A DNA stretch of 63,588 nt, counting the filler, from Choristocarpus tenellus KU-1152 (Eukaryota > Protista > Phaeophyceae), in assembly GCA_964200185.2 (NCBI GenBank). It is 12 parts of 12 records of this genome, joined end to end, with 100 filler letters (N's around TTAATTAATTAA, not from the genome) between each part and the next. Parts side by side here need not be neighbours in the genome. Positions count along the whole stretch, not along the records: positions 9,275 to 28,068 come from CAXNAD020000517.1; 11 more parts are not named here. One strand, given 5' to 3'. The stretch's first letter is position 1; every line of letters starts with the position of its first letter. Position numbers and translations under genes: made by a program. Under the pieces are notes generated by a model, which searched no databases, was not told the origin of the DNA, and saw only the letters and a program-made list of their open reading frames with translations. Below are positions 10,941-25,197 of the stretch, piece after piece.

Positions 10941-13900
10941 CACCCCGTGCGATCTGACTGTCACACTCCTTAAGATAATGGAATGTGGTGATTTATGAAA
11001 TCCTAAAGTCCTCTGCGATGGCCTCTGCTGTCCCCTGAGGCATTTGAGTCTTGCACCCTCTCGCCTCCAGTCACTGTGTAACCATGCTGTTCTTCATCAG
11101 GGAGTTTGCGTCCTGACCCCAAACAGACTTCTGGGTCGAACATTTGGGAACGGTGGGTGGTGATGGGATGAATGAGCTGCTTGAACTACATGGGGCCTTT
11201 GTCCTAGGCATCCCAATAAACTTGCCCTTCATCAGTTCCACTAGGTTTTTGAGCCCCGTCAAATGCAACTTGGTTGACTTTGCACCGGTGATCCTCCACA
11301 TTCATGACAGCCCACCATCTCAAACTTTGCACACATCCAAATATATATGAGAACTAAGCCTAATCCATGTTGGCCATTCCCTGGAGAGAACAGAGGTTGA
11401 GCTTGCAAAAATTATGTCTCATTTAATTCCGAATGGAGGAAGTATTCCCTTCTTTTGACGTTTTGCAGATGTGTCAGGGAAATACCAAAATCAAAAAATA
11501 GATCACAATACTACGGAAAAATGTATTGTAGTTGTTGTCAATGCTATGACTTCTCTCTAAAAAATGTGTACTATATAAAAAAAAACAATATAATATTGTT
11601 CCCTTAGACTTTGTTCACTATAAAGTAATGTGTATACTAGTATGCTTCCAACCTAGGTTAGTCCTATGAAGGTGGGTGGGAGGTAGGGAAGCATCCCAAG
11701 AATCTTTCAAACCCCTTCTTACCCACTTGTGTGGTGACTCTAGGTTGAAACGCATGACATGTCTCCAGAGAGTCATTTGTGTGGTAGTGGACACTATCTG
11801 TCTCAAACGAGTCTTGACAGACCCTTTCCTGCAATAACATTCTACCCCTCTATCCCCTACTACATGTATGGCCAACTCATCCAAGGAACTCTTTGGTTGC
11901 TCACCAAGGCGATTAACACTTTTCACTGCAAGGTTTAGAGATAAAAGCATCATGAGAGTAAAAAGATCCTTCGTAGTGGGTGCACATTTCCACCTCAGCT
12001 GCAGCAGCACCTACACCGATTGCTGGTGGGTGAATGCGGCAGGTGACAGGCCGCTTGGAGCTCTGCAAAGCAACATACAGAAAGAGGCGTTTGTCACTGC
12101 GGGGAGCTGATCCAGAGTCTGAAAGTTCCCCAGCATGGAATACCTCAACTATGCAGAATTTTTGGTTCACTGTAAGTACGTTCCTCCATAGTGCAATGGA
12201 TACCCATTTCCCGCAGAGTTAACCTAGGCATTTCAACTAGATATGTGCTGGCATATCTGTCCTCCCATCCTAGGGCAGGTTCAAGGATGTCGGGTGTCGA
12301 CATTGCAGCTCCTGCATCCGGCCACCATGCACTTGTTGGATGGGGCCTCCTCCCTTGCTAGAGATCTGGTGTGCCTTTGAGTCTAGCCTTCAAAGGAGGC
12401 ATCCAACGTGTAGGTTCTAACAATTGTGTGGAGGTCAATGCATTGGCCCCTTACCCACACTGACTCTGGTAGAGGGCTAGAGGTATCGAAAGATTTTCCT
12501 TCCCTTGTTCCTCTGCATCATCCGGAAGGTTGGCCGACTGTATCTGAAAGGGGTTGAATCAGATCCTGTTCAGATGGCAGGTGATTTTTTGCAGCTCCCT
12601 CCTTGTGACCCTGGCATCATGAGTTCCCATAGTGTGAATCTTCGGGATGGAAGCAGGGGTTGTACCCAGCCTGAACCAATAATCCCTGTCAAGTCCTCCA
12701 GACTCCAGACGAGAGAAGGGTGTGAATCGACGATACTAGGACCTAGACTGTGGGGTTCACACAAATGACCTGGGAGAATTATGTTTTATCTTCGAAGCTG
12801 TCGAAGGCTACAAGTATGAAATCTCTCCTCAGAGGTAAGATGTTAAAATCATACCTATGTACGTAAGATGAGTTCACGCAAGGTGAGACAATTTTTCAGA
12901 GGACACATTTAAATGCCTCCTAAGCAGTGGAGTGGAACTATTAATCAGCAATTTGTATGGTTGCACTTTCGCATTTGGTTGGTTTCTGACCATGTAGGTT
13001 TGTCTGACCTTACATAGCATGTATGTAAATGTGAGATATGTTGACATACTCACAATGACTGTTGTCTTTGCCACGGTAAGAAGCAGTTCCAGAGGGGATT
13101 CCAACGGTAGGGTTTGGCTTTGCCAAATCCAAAACATACACAAGAAAATATTTACAATATAATTCCAGTATAGTTTTCATTTGACCTCATCGTATGTTCA
13201 GGTTGATCATTGAAGTTCTGCATTTGACAATACAGTTACAGTAGTTGTTTTGTGACTTGATAGAGTTCCAGTTTGGGTTTCGGCAGTATGGTCATGGTCA
13301 TACCTTTTCCCCACTGCTAACAATGATGACAGTATGACTCTTCAACGGTTGTCAATGGCAATGACGGGGGCTCTACAAATCATTACTGGCAAAGGGGTAG
13401 CTGATCAAATGTAACATTTACTTTTGAGTACTACATACAAATTTGAAGTCACTCACCTCTCTTTATTGAAGACAAAACTTGATATGTTCCATTTTTGAAA
13501 CTGTACAGTGTATTATTGATCATTTATTCTACAATAGTACTAGGGTGACAAGTTGAAAATTTATCAGTTACATATTTGCCATACTTTTCATTATTGTATT
13601 TTTATGGTCAGTGTACCACTGGGTTGTAAGGTTACAATATATGTGCTCTCCAGCACGGTCCGGCTGTGCTACGGTCATGATTACTTGAAGAACTGGATAG
13701 TACAGTCAATGTATTATAATACTATCTGGACTGTGGGTTATGGTAGAGTGAGTAGCACACATGGTCACCATGATACAAGGTTAGGAAATCCTGACAGTTG
13801 TGCACGTTTTTTCAGTATCTTCACAGTGCCAACAGTAAATTGTAGATTTCCAACAGTAGGGTTGTGATATAGATCAACCGCCAACATTACCCCCAGCTGC

Positions 13901-16589
13901 AACTGCAACCATGAAACAACTGTAGTGTTTACAGTGTCTTAACAACCGTGTAGGGTCCTGATTTTTGTACGACGTATTGAATCCATTTTGATTATTTTCC
14001 AATCTATTGAAATCAACTGCATGTGTTGATTAGGTTTTCTTAGAAAATACCCACTCCTTGTGCATCTGGACATACTTGATCATAAATGTGTAAGAGCAAA
14101 ACCCAACCCACTGTATATTCACGGATGCATGGTTATCTCAAATCAATTTTAGCCTCAAAGCATCTCTTCTGATTAATCACATCAACATTCATTCACGCTT
14201 CATTGCATTTAGTCAATCAAGCCTCTCCTCAGAGCGGATCACAAGATTCGCACATTTAACTTTATTTGTGCTTTACTACACTAGATCAATATTTCCCATT
14301 GCAAGACCAGAAGGCTCTTCACAGATCATACCACCTCCACTACTGCCACATCATCATTGGTCCATGCTTCAGTGCACAGCATCAAAGGTTTCAAAGATCT
14401 TCGGGGTTATTGGACACACTGACCAGTGACTGGACGCAAAAGACAGTGTGTGGATACTTGGAATGCCCACACAAACCCTAAAGCCAAAAGACAAGTGCGC
14501 AGCAAATGCCCATCGCCAAGCAGCTGCAGTCGGCATCTGCAAGCAGATAGGCATCCCTTCCTTGCACCCTTGAGGATGGGAGTTCTTTCACCATTCACCA
14601 AATTTTCTGGATGGATGCAGTATTCCATCCTGGGGCACTGCCAAATAAGCCACCACTCCATCCTGGGTTAACTACAAGACTTGTCCACAAAAAACATCAC
14701 TGAAGCTATAGCTGAGGCCTGGGAGCACAACCGTCACAGAAATCTTCCATTGTTCTGTAGAGCGACTCTGTGCATCAAGATGTTGTGTTACTTTTTTATT
14801 TAGAAGACAAAAAGCACTTACATACCAGTGCATAGATTACAAGTGGGGATGGAACTGATTTTGTGTTCAATTACATCGTTTACAACTTTGGTGTATCAGG
14901 AAACCTTTGCCGTAATGATAGTGTGATTCCAATTTGCAGAATCCGATACAAGAATGCAGGACAAACAACTCTTAAAGAGTGTTTATGATTGCAGATGAAA
15001 AACAGAAGGTAGATAGTTGAAGGGCTGGAGTGTGGGCCGGCAAAACGACCTTCAGAAGTTTGGGACCACAGTTGAGGGATATACGAGAAAGGCAACCAAT
15101 GAACACAGGTGGTAGGAGAGTGTGGTTGATGGCTCAATCAGCTTCATGGCAGGTTGGCATCCAAGGAACTTGCGAGAGCTAATGTGTAAATCATACTAAA
15201 GCAACACATTAGGCAGCTCTACCACCACCATGTTGCAGAAAGTTGCCTTCTCATTGTATACAAGAGGCTTCACTTCTCTCAGCACAGGTATTACTTTGTA
15301 ATACTTCCCAGTAACTATTGCTACAAGTGAAGTGGCGGGTACCTGCAATTGTTGTCGTACTACCTCCATATTTGGAGAGATTGGAAAGAAAGCGAAAAAC
15401 ATTATAAATTCTTGTCAAAATGGTTCTATTGTCAAAAAGTGGAGGGATTGTGCAGCTCACTGGGGTGGAATACAGGGCACAATTACCATCAGAGATAACC
15501 AACCAGCACATCAATTTGGCTTTGGGGACCACATAACCGCATGGCTAAAAAGGGTACACGGAAAACATAAACAGTCCTTAATCCCACCCCAAAGAGGCTG
15601 TCCTTGTGAGATTTACATAGTTTAATTCTGCTCTGCAATCAACCATAGATCGAACTAAAGTGTCATTATAGATATTGTTAGTAGAGCTATCATTGGAGGC
15701 AAAGCAGAGGATAATTGTACCCATCATCGGACCTCCTCCACCAGATTGTGTTGATCAGTGTATGTGTTATGACACCATGATGCTTGAACGTTTTACGGAG
15801 TAGACTGCTACTGTTCCTCTTATATCATCACATTATTGACTAATGATACTACTATCCTTTGCAGTTGCCTCTATTTTACCGTTGATGTTTCTTCACTGCA
15901 CATTTTTTGGGGCCTATCTCAACCCACATTGAGAGACACTATGTTTGCACTACTTCGCATAATAACTCCAGCAACCAACTGCTGCATTACAAATAATTAC
16001 ACTGCCTCCAGTCATAACTAGCTTTTTGTTCACTGGGTTCAGCCATCACACTGCGTGCTGCTCTGCTTCCCTTGAAATTCATACTGGACCCGCCTCGGCA
16101 TCCCCTCCCAATCAAGCCTTGCCACCTCGTTCTTGGTCAAGTGTTCTGTAGTACATAGATAGGATAGCACAGTTACGTATACAATACGTAGAGCTTGCTA
16201 CACGAACTTTAATGTTTGAAACAAGATTACCCAAAAAATAAGCCCCAGCAAATGTGGTTCTAACCTCCAAAATGAAGGAGGGAACAGCTTCCTTGACCAC
16301 TGAGCCGCATAGAGTCTTAAATCAGCATCTCACAGGGTTAATCCAATTTGAAACATCACAATATTCAGCAGGTGGTGGTGAGTGTGCACGTACCCTCATC
16401 TACTTCAGTTAAGTTAACTGCTGTTTTGAATGAAATAGATCAGTTATCACAGCTTCCCTGAAATGTCTTTATGCTGCCAACTTCATACTTGTATCGGTTT
16501 TTGTCCATTTGTTGCCCTTGCAATTAACTCCTCAACTGTGACCCCCAACTTGTCAAGATCGCCTTGCAGTCACCAGTTCTTTTCCCAAT

Positions 16590-17330
16590 TTGTAGTTGTG
16601 AGAATAAAGCTTCATACAGTGGACCTGGTGATGTGTCCATGCTACCCAATTTTGTTGCAGGATCTAAAATACGTCAGCCTTGAGCTATCGAATCTCACAA
16701 GCTCAAGCGATACACAGGCTCTGTGACAGTGCATTTGACCGTACATTAAGAAGCAAACCTAGGTTTCTTGAAACTGTCGACTGATATCGACCGTGGTATC
16801 AGCTTTCATAACGGAAAATTCCTCTCAAGTAAACAGACTTCCCAGCCTGCGTGTAGTGTTGGTCAAAGTCTGGATCTGCATGGAGTCTGCAACTTTGTTG
16901 AAAGATCAAGGTAACATGGTCTCTCCCTCCAACCCTGATACAGTACATAATGCTTTGGTACCTTATGATCCTGGTCGAAATTTCTTGAGTCTTGGAACCA
17001 GTGCTCAAATCGTCAGCAAGGAGCATAATCCAAAGGCACCGCTCAAGTATTACCCCAACCCCTGTCGCTTCTCCTCATCTAACCTGGTCATTTTTTGGAC
17101 CTGGCTTGATGGCACCAATGTCTTAAGAGGTGGATAGGTCAGAGTTGGACTCCTTGAAAAACTACTACGCTTACCACTATGGTGAAGATATTTATGAGGA
17201 TAGAGGCAAGAGCACACCCTTGCCGAAGTCCTTGCCTGACCTCCCACCAATCCATATATTGTCCACCATATATCCAGACGATATCCCGCTGAGATAGAAT
17301 TTGGCAGCCTCAGCCCACAGGACTGCGCGA
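16590..17330 (-). mobile_element. Degenerate non-LTR (RTE-like) reverse transcriptase
   Basis: WWEVRQGLRQGCALASILINIF, WIMLLADDL (YADD-like) and KSVYLRG occur in RT domain order, followed by traces of an RTE-type thumb region. Confidence 0.82.
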
Positions 17331-19858
17331 TAAGTTTGTGGTGGAGATCATGGCATATGAACAGGGCGGTACAGTTTTTCCTCCCACAGAGATCCTGAAG
17401 GGCACGCAGTGTGTACGTACATCCTATCTACTATCAAGCAGTGGGTTCGGAAACCACGATGCTCCTCATGGACCATGTTCTCCCAGTCTCGGTAAGCTCC
17501 AAGTCGTCATGCAGCATTGAGAAGCACATTGCCAGCAGTGCAACCAATGATATTCCCCTGTAATTGCACATTTTCCAATGAAGTTACTTATTGCATTAAC
17601 AGTAATTGCTATTTGTCAATTTAGTATTTTAGCAGTAATAGCAAAGATAAATATTTAAGAATAGCAATTACCACGCTAATAGCATTATTACTAGTTACTG
17701 CTAACAGATCATATTATGAATTAAGCAATGACGGATTAATAGATGATGAGAAAGTAACGCAGCATCAGCTAGATACCTTTACTTGGTTGGTGTAGAAATA
17801 GAATCACTTAGAACCTGTTTAAAGTCTTTTTGATATGTTATCTGCTCATACAAATATGATACAAGCTCAAGAGATTTGCTAAGTTTTTCTGAATCATCTA
17901 TACACCCACATCTTCATCACTGTCATTATCTGTCTGATCAATCAGATATGGGTTTAATTTACTGTATGAATCTGGATTAGTATCACTACAATCAATTATA
18001 ATATTATTGGCTTTTATATCTGTTTTTAACAGCTGCATTAACTTATTTAATGGTTCAGGATTTGACGAATCAACTGCCAATGCTAAAATCTCCATGGATT
18101 TTGCTGTTAATTTTTTATGTTCCAGTAATTGCAAGATTGTTGTTATGATAATCCTTGTGGAGCACTTTGATGACCGCATCCTCTCAAACCTTCAGTACAT
18201 GTCTTTTGGAGTGACACATCCAACACAACCCTGTGAAAGTAGGGAGGATAATCCCGTCCTCACGATACCAAGTTGCAAGATCTCACCTGGAAGGTTGAGC
18301 ATCTGTCCCCATCGCCTTCCCGTTTACCATGACCCAGACTACCCCAACTATATCCATCAGTGTTGGTGTATCAGGGGCAGAGAGGTAGGTGGATGGTTGA
18401 GAGGTATGTCACTATTATGGAGTTCGTTTTCATTTCGATCATTGTAGTCGTATCATTATACAACAATTTCTTAATTTTATCCCTATACATTTTATTATCC
18501 ATCAACCACTTCAACACTATTCAACCCCTCTACTTTATTTAGTACTGTAACTTACAATTATACTACTTTTAAAATATTTATATATCTTCATCTACTTCGA
18601 CAGAGAATTCGTATTGGCTGTCACTTCTTACTTTACAAACTTCAATCAAGTACCCATTTGCTTAATCTTACAGTTCATTTCATGAAAAAATATATAATAT
18701 TATTAAGCCAAGGGTAGATCAATTTATCGGTTAAACTTTCCCCATACACGAATATGACCGCCAACAGGACAATAGATTAGTAGATATCAACATAAAATAA
18801 TAGTGAGTTGAACCTATATCCACACCAATTTCTTCGATGTACTTGACATAATCGGACCTTGTGTAAAACGTATGTAGTGAGATAGTTGTCTTCAAAATTA
18901 AACACTTCTAATTAGGTAAAAGACTTATTTGTAACCATTTGAGGTTCTCTTCATTCAGATGACGTTTTTTGTGTACTACTAGATACACTTTGATGAGATT
19001 ATGGAAGGATTTTTACTTGCTATTGAATGTTTTCCAGAAGAAGGGATTCAAGTGTTGCGAGAATATCAGGGCATGAGATATTTTATGTTCAATATATTAT
19101 GTTACATCTTATATCTGTGTGTAGGTGTATGGATGTGCGGCTAGACATCGTTGCTGCTTCAGTCTTCAGTTGGTATCCTTTCTGTTAACTTTCTTGGCAG
19201 CCTCCTTGCGCCCACCTTCATCAAGGTGTTTTGAAGGCAGACAGGGAGTTGCACATAACCTGGCTCTGGTCTGCTTGTTGTTAGGTCACAAAATTCCCAT
19301 ATGTTGACAACACTCTCTCTGAGCCTGCTTGTGTAGCAGAAATGGCCAAAACGTGACGGGATAAGTTTGACCAGGGATAGAAATCGTGAGGTCCTTTCCT
19401 ACCAGCACTTGATGAGCGGGTTGCTGTGAGCTCCACTCTCCATATCAATTTCTTGATGGCCCTCCCCCTGCAACCTTTGAGGTATCAACCTCTACATGCG
19501 ATGCTTCCTCCATGATCTCCCTGTCTGTTCCAATACCCCTCCACAGACTAGTTGAACTCCCCCCACACATTAGAAGGAAAGCTTCTTATGAACCCCTTCT
19601 GTCATTTACGGGAGGGCTATCCCACGCTCAATATGGACAGTATGTGGACATAGTTTTGGTTCCACCACTGGGCTATTATCTGCCTCCTGTGCTCTCTGCT
19701 CTTTCTCCACAATGTCCAGAACTTCCAACTCCCCCCATCCAAAAATGTCTTCATGCTCATTCTCAGAGCTACGGTCAAGACTTTGGTTGTGGGGTCCAGA
19801 CAAGTGGATAGGATCTGCTTCCAATTAAACCATGTGGGCTGCCTGTTCTTACCCTCAG

Positions 19859-22800
19859 AGTGCTGGGCAAAATTGCTCCCTGTACAAAAGTGGATCACAA
19901 CAGCCAAGGAATTAAGAGGAAGGCAGGTTTGGATCCTTTTGCATTCTAAGCCATCTCTCCTACCCTGTGAAATAATATATCCTGTTCATTGCTTTGTGTA
20001 CATAATAGTGTACGCAATATTGGCATTTCCCCTTTCCACACAAAAAGTTATACAACAATTTATGCACAGCTTTTTCTGGCGTTGTACAAAACAACTTATT
20101 TTTGCCTTTTCTCGGGATCATAAAATGCAAACTTGCCTATCTCTCAATTACGTTGACTTCAAATTAGATAACAGCATCACACTTGCTTGAATTTGTTTGT
20201 CTTCTCTTCCTCTTCAGAGCCTATCCCTGGAACCAGCAAAGTTTCAGGGGTTACTCCTGGGGCTGTAGCGGGAGACGTCATGTGGGGGTTGGAGTTCCAG
20301 GGAAAGACGGTGGTGTTGGTGACCTTTAATGGGATGTCTATTGGGAGTGTTGCTGCTGGAGAGCAGCCAAGAGTGGTGGGTAATGCAGCTTGTTTGAAGT
20401 GTATCTGATGGGGAGGAATAGAAGAATCGATTTAAGATGTAGGGGTCCTTGGGTTTTGAGGGACCCTGTGACTGCCTTGTGTCACATGTGTTTTTGAGCA
20501 CTTTAGAGATACCTATGCTGATTTCATGGAACCTTTCGCCTCCCACACAGAAAGGGCATATTATCCTGTAGAAGGTCAAATAGAACTTCATACTTGTGTA
20601 GACACCCACCCTCACCGTCTTTAGAGTACCAAAGCACATTCATGGCTTATTATGCAATCCTAGAGATGTTTATGGTGGTAAGTGGTAGTGAGATTGTGTG
20701 TGTTTATGTTAGTCCATCGGTCTTCTCAAACTATTCCAGGAAGGAGTAAAATAACTGAATAATCGGTCCACAAATTTTACGTTTCGATTAAACTGTGACT
20801 TGATCGAATTTATCAAATTCAATCCCTATCATTCACAACACTATTAAATTAGAGATATAGAAGAGGATAATTATTTTTCTTGCTTTTTCCAAATTGTAGA
20901 TATACTATACGATGTATAGTTGGGTTTGCGGAGTCGGGTTAATCTCCACTATTTGATCACTTGTCAAAACCTGTCAAAACAGGATTTTTTAGCCCATCAC
21001 ATATTTTCTTTCTATAAAAGTTCTTACTTTCGTTGGTAATATTATCGTTTGATGTGTCCAGTTCCTGAAAATACGAATACAAAAATAGACAATTTAATCT
21101 GCGGATTACCTTAAGATATAAGATCGTCTTTTGGGGACAACATTTTAGTCACGGGATATGGGATGAATACATGTATGTGTTAGAGGGGTCTAAAGTTGGG
21201 GAAGGGATCTTGTGGTTCCCCACGAATTTGGAATCAGTGTGGAGAAACAGTAGTTGTTGTGACTTTGTATCATTCTTGAACCGATCATACCTCCACTTCT
21301 TCCGGGTAACCCTCTTCTCCTGTATCGCAAAGAAGAGATCGCCCCAGGGGCGAACCAGTGAGTGCTTCATCTCCATTTGAGATTTTTGTCTCTTATATGG
21401 TTTGATCACAGCTCTTACTAGAGGAGTCAGGTAGCCTTGAAGAACGAGTGGAATAAAACCGCCCTTGTCGTGTGCTGTTGAAAGTACCATCTGTGTTCGT
21501 TCCCTCACCCTGCGTTGTGTATCTCACTTAGTACAGAGAGGGTCTACCCCTTATCACAAAATACTGATAAGGTTGATTCCACTTCGAGATAAAAATCTTG
21601 GAAGCTATATCCTTCATCTCTGGTCCCCTTAATAAGCCAGAACAAGAGTGCCTTCTTCACGCATTGTATCTGTTGACCACTGCCCCTTGTCTCCTCAGAT
21701 TTCTATTGTTATAGGAAGATCAATCAATTGCTAATCGCTTCCACAGTCTTCTCTTTAAACTGCTGTTCACTTTTGGTGCTGAACTAGGCTCTCGATCCAT
21801 TGTGCAGGAAATGGCTGGGCGAGGGGCTGGTGTATGGCGTCTTCAGGAAATGTCCACGCCTGGGAGCGGTGGCACAAAAAGGATCGTTGGGTCCTGGGTG
21901 CCCAACGTTCGTGCAGGGTCTGGCAGTGGCGTGAGTTCTAACAATTATGCGCCTTGTGACAACATCGTACGGCAGGTGCGAGAAGGAATCTCAAATAGAT
22001 GTAGCTAGGAACAAGTACACGGTACGCTACGAGCACATGGTACACTGGGGTTATCATGTGTTCATTGGCGACTATTATTGTCCGATTTCGGAGCCTATCG
22101 AGTTCTGGTCTCAAATCTTTTGGGGCGTCGCTCTTTGCAATGCGCTGGATTGTTCATGTCTACAAGAGTGCAATGGGATGAACCACACCCATCATGTTCG
22201 CGGGAATGGAAGTCCCAAAATATCGCACACCCCATTTCACTATGCACCTGCTCTTCTTCTGACACCCTCAGGCACGGTAGGCACTAATATTGCTGCATAT
22301 ATTGGCCCTGCTGCAGATCCTTTTAGGGGGGGAGAGAATAGATACCACAAGAAGCAAAAAAGCGGGGAAGAATTCAATCGCTGTACTGGGTTGGGCTCAC
22401 AAGTATGGCAGTGTTGAGATATTAAACCTACCGTCCAACGCCTCATACTCATTATGCGTGCTCCTGTACTCTAGGATTGAAAGAGGTTTGCTTGCAACTG
22501 AACTGATGATTCAGCTTTCCCACCCCCCTTTCCCTATCTCTATTGCATGCCCCAGGGAAGTTCGCGTCCAGGTTCTAGTGGTGAAACTGTGGAGGAGCTG
22601 GTGGTCATGTGTGAGCGCTTGACCTCTACAGCAGATATGCTCAGGGATCAAAATGACTCCCTTGCACGAGAACTGGTGCGTGCAATATGGGTGCAGGATG
22701 GGTAGATGACGTTTTCTGCTTACTGCTAGTTGATAGTCCAGTGCTGTTGCAATCTCCCAACCTGATCATTCTTTCAGGTTGACAACATAACCCAGAACAG

Positions 22801-25197
22801 GTGTACTACCTAAAATTTATTATGAGAATAATAATTAAACAGACCAGAACAAGTGTCCACAAATGAATGTCATTGAAATTTTTCATTGCTATCATTTATT
22901 TGTTCAAACTGTATCAAATACATTGCTGCTGAATGATTTCATTGTGCTCATGCGTAGAATGAGGCACGGTGCTTGGCTCGTGAGGCAAGGGATAGAGCAC
23001 GTACTCTGGAATGGGAGATGAACCAGCTCAAGGCTGAGAGCATCGTTCATGCCAATCGAAGGCCACCTAACACCACTGGTAGGCTCCACGAGACATATTT
23101 ACCACCAGCCCCCAGTGCCACTACCACCACCACCACCACCACCACCACCACCTGTACTTCTCAAGTGGTCACCTCAAAAGCTCAAACAGCAGCAGCTGTA
23201 GGTAGTGACAGGGTCCCCGCTGCTGCTAGCATGAGTGGGGATGGGGATGGAGATCAAGGCGGAATCATACCTCACCATAGTCAAGGGAAAGGTGCAGGGG
23301 GAAAGGGAGGGGGTAGCCGCTCAGCAAGACGCTCGAAAGATGGTGGCAAAGGTAGATCCAGGAGTGGTGATGTCCCTCGAGTTCGTGGGGGAATTGATGG
23401 TAGGAACAGGGGTGGTGGGCTTGGTGACAAAAATGGGGGGTATGGGGGGGTCGAGGATAGCAGAGGTAGGAGTGACCGCAGAAGTGGCATCAAAGCTAGC
23501 GAAAGCAGGGAGGAGTTGAAGATGTTTACTGGGTAAGTTGTGTACTCCAATTGATCATGGGTTCTGAAGTATCTACATGAAGTCTTATGTCACACTTGAA
23601 TGGGTGGTTTGTTCAGTTTAGTTGTGCTGCCTGTTTACTGCTCTTACAATGTAATAGAAAAAGTCTTGTAGAAAATGGTTGCCATCTGGTCTCATTACTG
23701 TGGCAAGCCCAACCGCTATTTTTCAACTCTTTCTGTTTGTTGGAAACCCTCCCTCCTGCCCCTTCACATCACAGCTTCTCCTTAACCCAACCCCATTCCA
23801 CAACAATTCTCCTTTCCTTTGTTGATCACCATTACTCCATCTTACCAACATAAGCCCTACCCCTGCTCTGCAGCATCATCACCGTACCACTACTACGTGC
23901 TACACCTGTTGTTGACACTACCAGAAAATTTCTTTTTTTGTGTATATTTTCCTCATACATCCTTCATTTGTGAAGTAGAAGGGTTGGTGTGTAAAAATGG
24001 GTGGAAGCTGGAGTATCCAGTCAACCTAACCTTCTGGCTTGGTTTTGGTGTGGCGAAGACATTGTGAGATGGGGATGGGGGAAGGGTAGAGTGTTAGGAT
24101 AGTAGCTTACAATGAAACAATGGGTGTTTGTTACCCTTGGCACGCTCACCTTGTATTTGAATGACAAGCACTCTCCAAGGTATACCTGATCCCAACAATA
24201 TCCCTCCTGCAGTAGACACATTTGTGGCAGGATGACTAGTGCCTGGTGCTGTTGCATTCATTCTTATCATTCTTTAAATTGAAGGAAGAGCTCATACCCC
24301 TATCCTTTCAGAGTTTTTGTAAATGCCCACTACAAACCTATAGTATGGAATGTCACAGCAATTGTAATTTCTGTACTCTGTACAGATTCCCAGATTTTCT
24401 GGGTAGATGAAATCTATGTGTATCTCTGAAACCTTCGTTTGGTTCACAGATTAGTATTTGTCACACCACTCTCAAGTGTTGTGGCAGGGGTGGGGAAGGT
24501 CTGCTTCTATACCTTACGGCCTTCATTCCTTCCATGCCCTTACTCACCTGTTTCTGACCAACCCCCAATCTTGATGAATGACGATGCTTGGACACCCCCC
24601 CTGTTGATCTCTCCTTCATCTAGCTGAGTGCCCTCCATATTGCCCTCGAGAATCAACAGGAGGAGAGCCGGGGACAGGCGCTCAACAGGAAGATTGGGCA
24701 ACAAGACTAAGGGAGACAAGGAAAAGGGTGCAGACAATGGCAGTAATCAGACCCAGGAGGGTGCTGACAACGGGGTTGGTGGCAGGGCAACTGGCTGTGA
24801 TTCTGGACCAGCTATATCTGGAACAGAAGGTGGTAACTCTCTTCATAGCACTGTCCTTAGACCCGTAACTAGTGCAGGTGCAAGTGTAGGGGAAGAACTG
24901 ACAGGTCCCAAGGTATCAGTGTCTCGTGGGTCTTGGCAGTTTCACGAAGATGAGTGGCCCGCGGAGCTAGAGAAGACTTGGAGAAAAGAAGGCCCGACTT
25001 CGTCTCATGAGGGGCTCGATGAAAACGCTTGCCAGGAAGAAAATAGTAATGTTGAGATTTCATTAGGCAAGGTGCTTCCCACCCTTGCATCGTTCATATC
25101 TGAGAAAAGGGAGAAGGGGGGGCAGGTGCAGGGCAGGAGTAGGCGACCTGGGAAAGCGCTCCAATGGTCAACCGCTCGAAGGAAGTCAATTTCGTGA
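19859..25197 (+). CDS. Multi-exon gene, coiled-coil plus Gly/Thr/Arg low-complexity protein of unknown function (3' part; core exons 21788-21975, 22556-22675, 22958-23532, 24660-25197; probable upstream exons 19859-19926, ~20218-20375, 21333-21357)
   Basis: AG/GT-bounded segments join in phase. The spliced part includes a heptad-like stretch (TVEELVVMCERLTSTADMLRDQNDSLAREL|NEARCLAREARDRARTLEWEMNQLKAE) and ends at TGA 25195-25197. No domain recognised. The upstream exons are less certain. Confidence 0.6.

Noticed and set aside
14800-16500. Possible gypsy gag-pol relic on the minus strand
   Set aside because: Only vague compositional similarity; no diagnostic motif could be read.
21090-21135. 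Minus-strand D-L-Y-L-x-GNPQI resembling the N-terminus of NCLDV major capsid protein
   Set aside because: It needs frameshifts, and neither the upstream QLVAYGAQ nor the downstream TFFK..YRRHTNF is present. Probably chance.
24625-24627. In-frame TGA before ORF 24628-25197, suggesting selenocysteine or readthrough
   Set aside because: A phase-compatible acceptor at 24659/24660 places the TGA in the intron.
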